From NCBI GenBank assembly GCA_028534125.1, contig CM052817.1, positions 31,684,001-31,748,000 on the forward strand: 64,000 nt of DNA. Reading direction: 5' to 3'. Both the position numbers and the translations under genes were made by a program. This DNA comes from Lama glama. Lineage: Eukaryota. Below, one piece after another: positions 54,981 through 64,000 of this stretch (positions are counted from its first letter, which is position 1; each line of letters starts with the position of its first letter). The notes beneath the pieces were generated by a model that ran no database searches, was not told the DNA's origin, and saw nothing but the letters and a program-made list of their open reading frames with translations.

Positions 54981-56020
54981 CTTGTATATTTTATTATTCA
55001 TTTGTGTGCCATCTCATGCCGAAATTAGTAGTATGGTTTCCTATTATATATATCATGGAAATACCTTATAGCTAGGCAATATAATTCATATTGGTTTATG
55101 AGGTTTGAGTCATCCACTCAACTTGATTTAGCTGAACCCAATTTTATTATTCTCACCCAGACTATTACAGTTATCTCCTATTTGACTTATCTGCCGTCAG
55201 TCTCTCCCATCTTCTATCCATCTGTGCAAATAAGTTTTGTTTTTTTTTAAAGCAGTGGAGCCTTTATTAAAACAAAATTTTGGTGAAAGACCTATAATAG
55301 TAAGATAAAAGTGCAGCTGCTGTGGTTGAAGTGTGTTTTGTGTGTGTGTGTGTTGGGGGGGCAGTTCTGGGCTCTGTCTCCTTACCTGCCCCCCCCCAGT
55401 TCCCAGGACACCGTCCCTGAACCCCCAGGTGTCTGTGGAGCACAGATGGCCATCCTTGCTCTAGCAGTGCCCAGCCTCGGCATCCTAACTCTTTCATGAT
55501 CAGATGTGTGGCACATTGTAAATCACTTAGTAATAGCTGAAGTGCCAAAGTCGGTGATAAATTTACTTTGTGAAAAATCACTTGCATTTCAGGATGCTTT
55601 CTTATAGATGAAGGCCCCCATATTAGTTACACACGGGGAACTGGGAAGATGTCATCGTGGCTGTCTTGGTGGAAGAGAGTTGAGAGTCATGGATTTGGGC
55701 TGGCCTCCATGCTGCTGACAGAGAGAGTTTCCTTAAAAATATTGCTTCTTTGCATTAAACTCAGCCCTCCACAGCCTACAGAATCAAGGCCTCATGCAAA
55801 GTGGATTCCTGACGTCCAGTGCCTGCCTCTAGTCCCTCCCGGGCCCAGCAGTTCTTCCTGCCTTTGAGCTCTTTGCTGGTCTTTGCAGCTCTTGGCTATT
55901 CTTTGCTACCCTTAGCTGGCGTCTCATCCTTTAACATTTGTCTGTGAATTACAGGGATCTTGTCTAACTCACCTTTGTACCCTCAGGGCCTGGAAAGCAG
56001 TGGGACGACAAGTTATTACT

Positions 56021-56590
56021 TCCTTCTTTTTTCTTTTTTTGATTGAAGTATATAGTTGATGTACAATGATTGTGTTAGTTTCAGGTGTACAACAAAGTGA
56101 TTCAGTTATATATACACATATATGTATATATTCTTTTATAGATTCTTTTCCATTATAGGTTATTACAAGATATTAAATATAGTTCCCTGTGCTCTACAGT
56201 AGGTCCTAGTTGTTTATCTATCTTATATATAGTAGTGTGTATCTGTTAATCCCAAACTCCTAATTTATCGCTCCCCCTCCACACCTGTCCCCTTTGGTAA
56301 CCGCAAGTTTGTTTTCTATGTCTGGGAGTCTATTTCTGTTTTGTAAATAAGTTCATCTGTATCATTTTTTAGATTCTACATGTAAGTGATATCATGTCTT
56401 TGTCTGACGTACTTAGTATGATCATCTTTAGGTCCCTCCATGTTGTTTGCAAATGGCATTGTTTCATTCTTTTTGATGGCTGAGTAATATCCTGTTGTGT
56501 ATATATACACCACATCTTCTTTACCCAGTCATCTGTCAATGGACATTTAGGTTACTTCCATGTCTCTGTGCTGTGAATACTGGGGTATTT
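56021..56590 (-). mobile_element. L1 3' end
   Basis: T-tail then gattgaagtatatagttgatgtacaat..., antisense L1 3' UTR. Confidence 0.9.
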
Positions 56591-57552
56591 CTTCCTTTCT
56601 AAATGAAGCAAACGAAAGAAAGTTACCTTGTAGTTTAGATTCCATCTTCTTTCCTTTGTTCAAGGTGACACTTAGACATACTCCTCTGAGTAAAAATAAA
56701 ATACAATATGCTCCTGAGGAATCTATCTTGACGTAAAGATTTTCCAAATTCTAGTTTTTCTGTATGAATAAGAATTACTTATGTTGATTCCCTAAAGCAG
56801 CAGCAGTACTTTATCATCCCAATCATTTTCCATTTGCATGAGAGATACACATCAGAAATTTCCTTTTTGGTGCTAAACCCAGCAGTGCACAGAGCCAGGG
56901 TTTTTAAAAAGTAAGTCATTAGTTTGGAAATAGGAAGTGACAAGAGGTAATTGATCTGTTTCAATTTGCTCTCACAGGGGATAGCTTTGATTTCTTTGTC
57001 CCATGGCCCCTTTTGATTTAGTAGATGTATTTTCTAGAAAATTCTTATTTTTTTTTCAATTCCATGGGGAGCAAATTGTAGACTGTTTTAAATCACAAAT
57101 GTAGACCTCTCAGCCTCCATCTCTACTTTCCTCTTATAACTAAATATAGAAATTAGTCAATGCCAGAGTCTCCCGCTCTTGCCTTCCTCCATCTCAGCAT
57201 TCTGCCCAACCTTCTTTATTCTCTGCTTTCCCCTCCCCCGCAGAGATTTTAATTTTGTTAAAACGTTTTTACTGCGGCTGTGACTCAAGCAGCTCAGCTG
57301 GCTGCAGAAACACAATGTCATTTAATATTCCAGCCACAGCCCAGACAGTTCTACGTCAGGTCACTGGGAGCAGAGCTGCTGCGACGGCTTTCTGACAATG
57401 ATTGGCAACAACACCCTGCTGCGGAAAACAGCATGGAAACCAGCTAGTGTGCCCTGCGCGGTATTTCCGCTTTCAGACCAAACTGCAGATCGCAGCCAAT
57501 GTAACGCAAGTGGGCGTGGTCACCAGATGATGCTATTACACTAAAGCCACAC

Positions 57553-58200
57553 TTTTTTTTTTGGAGTATAGTCAGTTTACAATGTTGTGTCAATTTCTCG
57601 GGTACAGCACACTGTTTCAGACGTATACATACATATATTCATTTTCATATTGTTTTTTATTATAGGTTACTACAAGATATTGAATATAGTTCCTTGCCAT
57701 ACAGAAGAAACTTGTTGTTTATCTTATATACAGTAGCTAATATTTGCAAATCTCAAAATCTCAGTTTACCCCTTCCCATTCTGTTTCTCCCCGGTAACCA
57801 TAAGTTTTTTTTCTATGTCTGAGTCTGTTTCTGTTTTGTAAATAAGTTCATTAATGTCTTCTTTTTTCTTTTTTTAGATTTGCCCATATAAGTGATAACA
57901 TGTTATTTTTCTTTCTCTTTTTGGCTTACTTCACTTAGAATAACGATCTTCAGATCCATCCATGTTGCTGCAAATGGCATTATTTTATTCTTTTTATGGC
58001 TGAGTAGTATTCCATCATATATTTATGTACCACATCTTCTTTATCCAGTCATCTGTCAATGGACATTTAGGTTGTTTCCATGTCTTGGCTATTGTAAATA
58101 GTGCTGCTATGAACATTGGGGTGCATGTGTCTTTTCAAATTAGAGTTCCCTCCCGATATATGCTCAGGAGTGGGATTGCTGGATCATATGTTAAGTTTAT
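57553..58200 (-). mobile_element. L1 3' end
   Basis: T-tail then ggagtatagtcagtttacaatg...gagtgggattgctggatcatatg. Confidence 0.9.
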
Positions 58201-60564
58201 TTATTGCATTTTGAAATATGACTTCTTACACTCCCAACTCCAGCCTTCATTAAGCCCTTCTGGAATGCCTGTTAGATGTATTTGGAGGTTTTCCATTACT
58301 CTGTGGTGAACTTGTCTGTGCCTTTAAAAAGATGTTTGTTATCTTTTATGCGGCATGTCTGGGTATTTTTTGTAAAAGAAGGATTTTCAGCTTCCTGAAT
58401 CAATCATACTATCAGAAAGTGGAGGTAGGTATAAAAATTGCCACAGTCTGATTGCTAATTTACATCTGTTCCCAATTCTCTGCCCTAGGCTACAGAATGG
58501 AAGTTCACTTGTATATTAGACTCCACCCAGATGTTCCAAACATCCTATACCCAACATATCTAAAACCTGACTCTCAAACTTGCTACTATGCCTATGTTCT
58601 GTAGTTCAGCTAATATTATTACCATCCACCCAATCTTCCAAATAGAATCCAATTTTGCTTTGAGTCCTCTCTCTCCTTCACCACAACTGTATCTTTTCTC
58701 AGTGTCCTTGCTTATTCTCCAGGCCAGGCTGCCATTGTGTTCCACTGGCGTTATCCTTATAGCCTCCTGGCTTGACTCTCTCACTGTTCTTTATGCCTGC
58801 TCCTGTCCGTTTACCCTAAGCTTCTGAAATTGTCTTTCTGAGTCTTGAATCTGGATGTCATTTCCCTGCATAGAAAACCTATCTGACTTTCTGCTGTCCG
58901 CAAAATAAAGTTCAAGATCTTTGCTTGGTCATGAAGGTCCTACATAATTTATCTCTCCTACCCACCTTTCCACATCCAGTTTCCCGTTCTTGCCACTTTG
59001 TATAGCCTCTCTGTCCCTCTGTGGAAGTAGCATACTCCCAGGACTTTGTTGAAGCTCTTCTCTGGAATGTCCTTGCCTTCCTTCACACGTGGAAATCTAG
59101 GACTCGCTGGTTAGTGAGGCTTAGACTTCCAGCCAGACTTCATTACTGCCATCTCCATGTGAACCTGGATTATAGAGTTCATCATAATATGCCTTGTATT
59201 GCAGTTAGCCATGTACTGAGATGGAGCAACCAGGTCCTTGGGAACATAAGGCAGCTCATGTATTCACCTCTATCATCCTACTGTCTTGAAAAAGGTTGGG
59301 AGATGAATACACAGTTGTTGAACTGAGTTGTTATAATATAACATTATAAAAAGAACTCTGAGATGTTAGGAACCTATGTCTACTAATTATAGACAACTCT
59401 AAAGGGTCTAGAGTCATAGAAGAAAGCATATATGTGTATACACAATTTACATATAGAAATCATACACACATATATATACATATATTGTCATATATATTTC
59501 AAATATCAGATTTCTTGAAAACTCATTTATATTTGACAAAGTCAAAGTTAAGAGCGGATCTAAACAAGTATGATAAAAATATTAGTACCAATTTTTAATC
59601 CCCCTATCTCAGCCCCCATAAGTCCTCTCAGAACGATTTTGCAGAATTGGTTGTGGGGAAAGCAGTCACCTCACCCACTCTCCCCCAGTCAATATTCTAG
59701 ACAAAGTAGGGTGAGGGGAAGCAATGACAGATAACTGGAAAGCAGCAGGCATGGGTGATAATTCTCAGATCTATTCGATGGGAAGACTAATTCAGTATTG
59801 AGAATAAGAAAAGAATGTATGAAATATAGAATTATTAACAAATCTCCATCTTTTCTGAGGATCGTATGAAACCAGCGTTCATTGTTATTCTGCCAGCACG
59901 TATCATTACTTACCAAGGTTAAATGAGGGAGTGAGAGGATGTTTTGATGATTTGCTTCTTGCACAATGGGGAAGACACTTTAAATTATTCCAAGAGAAAT
60001 CCAGCCTCAAAGAATGTTTCCAAATAACACTTCCTGAATTCAAAAATGTTCCTATTTTTTCTACTTTGTATGGAATGATGATTAAAAAAAAATGTTTAAA
60101 CCCAAATTCAAACTAATTAGTGGTATATAATTTTAATATGACTTTAAAAAAATCTCACTTTTGCTATTTATTGTGTTATCTGGTTACTGAACAAGAGGTA
60201 ATCTTTCAGTTGGGAGCCTTCAAAAATATCACTGGAGTTTTTTCATGTTTAGTTCAAATAAATTCTCAGTTTAATATCCTGCTAGAGCTTTCTGGATATT
60301 GATTATTTCTTTTCAGTTTATCAGATGACAAGGGCCTCCAGATACAAGCCTTTATGTCATACAAAGTTCTCCATGTGAAGTCCCCAGGAAAGCCTTCCAT
60401 GCACCCAAAACACGTTGAAATATTAGGACTTCAGGAAAGCAACAGACTTCTCACCTTTCAAGTTAGTTGACAGTGATAAGAAAGTTAAAGAATAGGTGAA
60501 AACAGGGATGGGACTTGTTAAAGAACAGGAGATCAGCAGAGAAAAGAAGAAGAAAATAATCTTC

Positions 60565-60709
60565 CTGTGGGGGCGGGTATAGCTCAGTGGTAGAGCACAT
60601 GCTTAGCAAACACGAGGTCCTGGGTTCAATCCCCAGCACTGCCATCAAAATAAATAAATAAACCTAATTACCTCCCCAACCCCAGAAAAAAAAAGACCCA
60701 AAGTGAAAA
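60565..60709 (+). mobile_element. tRNA-Ala-derived SINE (vic-1-like) with 15-bp TSD
   Basis: gggtatagctcagtggtagagc...gggttcaatcccc A/B boxes, non-tRNA tail and A-rich end. Exact TSD AAGAAAATAATCTTC at 60550-60564 and 60710-60724. Confidence 0.92.
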
Positions 60710-61347
60710 AAGAAAATAATCTTCTTATGCAAAACAAACCCTTATTGTTAAATCACTGAGTAGGTGAGCGGAATGCTGAAGGCTCCTCTGGTACAGACTT
60801 TGAGATCACACGAAGAGGACCTGGATTAAATCACATCTCAACTGATGCCTTTTGTAGGGACCAGGAAGTGCGCATTGAATCACGTGATTGGAGAGCAGAT
60901 GAGATGGTATTTTTACAAAGATGACTGTTGAATGAGATCTGACGTGTTATCAGAGCCAGGGGTATAGGCTGGAAAAAGTCAGGCAAGGACACAAGGAATC
61001 AAAGCCTCGAATAATGGACACAAAGAATCAAAGCCTCAAATAATGTAGCAGAAGGTTTGGAAGCAACAGCTGCACACAAACCAAAATTGAGACACCAAGA
61101 TCCTTTCAGCACAGGAGCTAGGTTAGCCATAAGCCACTCTAGCTGTTCAGTAACAGTGAGATCACTGCTAGGTATGGGAAGCTGGTTGTACCTTGATGAT
61201 AGATTAATATTTATAACAACTGCTTATTTTGTGCACCTCCCCTTTTCCCAGCTGGATATTCCCTGCGATTTGGGGTTGCTTCCTAATGGCTCTTAGCCCC
61301 AGAGGCCCCCGCTCCATTTTAGTTTTCTAACCATCCTCTTTCTCCAG

Positions 61348-61464
61348 CTAAGGTTGCCTGATGAAATATTTGACGTCTTTATCCTAAAAACTTTACTGCT
61401 GTTTATTTGAAATTCAAATTTGACTGGGCATCCTGTATTTTTATTTGGTATATCTGGCAACTCT
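61348..61464. mobile_element. Internally deleted MER53-like hAT MITE
   Basis: TIR-like ends taaggttgcc...ggcaactcta; internal gaaattcaaatttgactgggcatcctgtatttt. Confidence 0.7.
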
Positions 61465-61622
61465 ACCAGTAAGTCTTCCACAGACATGACCTCTGCCTGC
61501 TGGGTCCACCAGGCTACCCAGACATTCCTGAGCAAGTTTTAGTGTGCCTGGAGTGACAATCCAGGCAGGCCCTCCCAGGCTCAAAATATTCAGACTTTCA
61601 TGCCAGTTATATAAATGTAATA

Positions 61623-62031
61623 CAGGTATCCCCCATTTTTTGCAGAGTTCACTTTACACTACTTTGCTTTTACAGAAGACCTACATATTAGTCTTTCGCT
61701 AACTAAAAGAAATTAGAAGGCGGTATTCACTTTTACAAGAGATGAAAAGTGGAAAGAGTATTAGTTTTGCAGCAGCCCTTACAGAGGCAACATGCACCCC
61801 AAGCGGTGAGAGTGGCACCGCCAAACTCCTTCCCCTGGAACTACACTCAGCATCTCAGCATTAAGTCGCCATAGCTTTGAACTATGTCTGAGCATCTGTG
61901 CTTTATCTCAGCTGCTTCTGTGCATCCGTTAGCAAGATGTGAGCTAAGGCAATTGCTTCTTTGCTTTGTGCCATTTTGGTTTATCAAAGGTTTCATAGGA
62001 ACCTCTGCTTTGGAAAGGTGGGGAAATATTT
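61623..62031 (+). mobile_element. TcMar-Tigger-like MITE (~400 bp), copy 2
   Basis: Begins TA|CAGGTATCCCCC; shares internal blocks (ggaactac..tcagcatct..agcat, gagcatctgtg, gtttcatagga) with copy 1. Confidence 0.8.
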
Positions 62032-62774
62032 ATTGCAGATCAGCATTTTAAGTGTGGCATGCTTTTTTGGACAGAAGATAGTCCCTGATTACATCTGTCA
62101 TTAGTTACTGAAGTATAATTAATGCTGTTAGAAATTGACATTTATCCTGAAAAGTAGGCTTAATTATATAAATCAGGCATAATCATCGGGCCATGTTGCT
62201 TTTAGATACAAAGCAGCTGAGAAGAACATTCCAATCAACTCTCCTGTTTGATTCCATTAAAAGAAAATCTTCCTGATTCCTTTCAAAAAAAAGTGGCCAA
62301 ACACTATTGTAATTCAAGTTGCTTCAATGAATTTAGAAAACTTACCTATTTTATTACTTAGAACACAGTAAATTACTATATACTCAATATACTTGTTTGG
62401 CAGTTTCAGTTTCTTTGAGGGGGTGGTGGTGTTGAGAGTGGAGATAAAGCAAATACAAGAATACAAAAATCACCCCTCATTCAATATATCTTGTATATAT
62501 TGGTCTAATATTTTTGAATGAAAGTCTATAAATATTTTTTAAAGAAATTGGGGCCAAACTATGCATCCTGCTATAGAATTTATTTTCTTCACATCAGATT
62601 ATTAAGCTTTTTAATTGTTGCATACTATTCCATTATATGAGTAAAGCATGATTTACTCAACTTGCATATTGCTGGATATTTAGGTTATTTCTAATTTTTT
62701 TCTGTTGCTACAGTCTTATTTTAGCTTCGTGCGTAAATTGTCTGCAATTCAGATGATTTCTCCAAGTCAGCAGA

Positions 62775-63258
62775 GTGAGTACCTTATTGTTTCTACCTGC
62801 CTGACATCCATTTTTCCTTCTTCTGTTAACAGCACCCACTGTAACTTTGCGGAATCCCTTGCCCAAATCTGAGTTTGTGGGTCTTGAATAGGGAAGACCA
62901 TCAAGCTCGAGGGAGAGCATTCCATATTGTGGCTGAAGGATGGGCACAGTTCCCCTGCCTGGGTCAAATTCTTCCCAGGACTTTTATGAAGATTATTGGG
63001 AAGTAAGCATTCTCTTTCCATGGGTGGTTCTAAGCTGATGGATATTTCTGGACTTGTTTGGCCCCCCTTAGGGAGAAAGTGAATGTGAAAATGAAGATGA
63101 TATAGAAGAAAGCAAAGCTGAGAAGTGGACAGAAACCCAGTCCTCATTTTAACCCAGGAGCCAGCCACACCAGGAGATTTTTCATTCTCATGAGTCACTA
63201 AACTCCCCTTTTGGCTTAAACCAATTTGAGTTAGGATTTCTGGCACTTTGATTGCAAT
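62775..63258 (+). mobile_element. MLT1 LTR
   Basis: 3' part ggcttaaaccaatttgagttaggatttctggcactt... Confidence 0.6.
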
Positions 63259-64000
63259 AATCATAATTTTTTTAAAAAGTGTCCAGGAAGATTGTATTAT
63301 CAAATTGCTTTCCTCAGAAGTTGTGTCAAGTACCCCATCACCACTGAAGGTGTCTGACTGCTTCTTTTATTGCATTTCCACCATTAAGTGTTGTCCCTTT
63401 GAGATTCTATTTGACTTTTTTGAAGTTTCATATTTTGTGTTTGACTATTAGTGAAGTAAAACTTTTCCTATTTAATAAATAGAATATAAGTTGTTTATTG
63501 TAAAGTGTGTCTTTTGTCTATTTTTTTCTATCAAACTATGGCTTATGGATTGATTAGATGATTTACTCTTTGATACTTGTGGAATGTATTTTGCCTCTGG
63601 ATTTTATACTTACGAAAATAACATTTATATTTTTCTGATTATAAAATATATCTATGGCAGAAACTTGGAAAACACAGTAAAACACAAAGAAGGAAATAAA
63701 AATTACTTTTAGTACTACCTCTCAGATAATACACATTGAAGAAATTCCCTCTAAATTTACATGAATATATTTAATATATTTACTAGAATATAAGTATATG
63801 TGTATATGTGTTTATAGCTTTCTAAATTGTTTCATTACTTAAGATTGTGTCACAAGAATTTCTCCCTTGTCATTAAATATTCCTCTAAATGGGTCATGGA
63901 TCTTCTTAGGAACTTGAAAAGAGTCATGTAGTCACATTTCAGGGGAAGAAATGTACATATACAGAAAAGATACATTATTTCAGGAGGTTCTCAGATTCAT

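Noticed and set aside
60568..60645. tRNA-Ala-like gene (also 20170-20240 and 39345-39420)
   Set aside because: Degenerate stems, shared non-tRNA tail, A-rich end and TSDs identify these as SINEs.
25662..62031. Long dispersed direct repeat (25662-26065 vs 61623-62031) as a segmental duplication
   Set aside because: Similarity is confined to TIR-bounded, diverged MITE copies, i.e. independent insertions.
62767..63303. 178-aa minus-strand ORF
   Set aside because: Lies almost entirely in an MLT1 LTR with no protein-family resemblance.

Overview
Mammalian genomic DNA, most likely camelid (three tRNA-Ala-derived vic-1-like SINEs). The first ~24.5 kb hold the 3' part of SLAIN2 on the + strand: a 78-nt in-frame cassette exon (4655-4732), the penultimate exon (19485-19803) and the last exon ending ...SWKDGCY* (stop 21508-21510), followed by a ~3-kb 3' UTR. 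The rest is repeat-rich intergenic DNA (L1, L2, MIR, MLT/ERV LTRs, Tigger and hAT MITEs). Three L1-machinery products stand out. (1) A ~2.7-kb minus-strand FADS2 copy made of exon 1 running unspliced into intron-1-like sequence, ending in poly(A) with a degenerate TSD, which brings a CpG island to this locus. (2) A 5'-truncated PTBP1 3'-UTR retrocopy with an exact 11-bp TSD. (3) A young intronic L1 with an apparent ~0.7-kb 3' transduction. Gene and repeat identifications are from recalled sequence, not database searches, and repeat boundaries are approximate.
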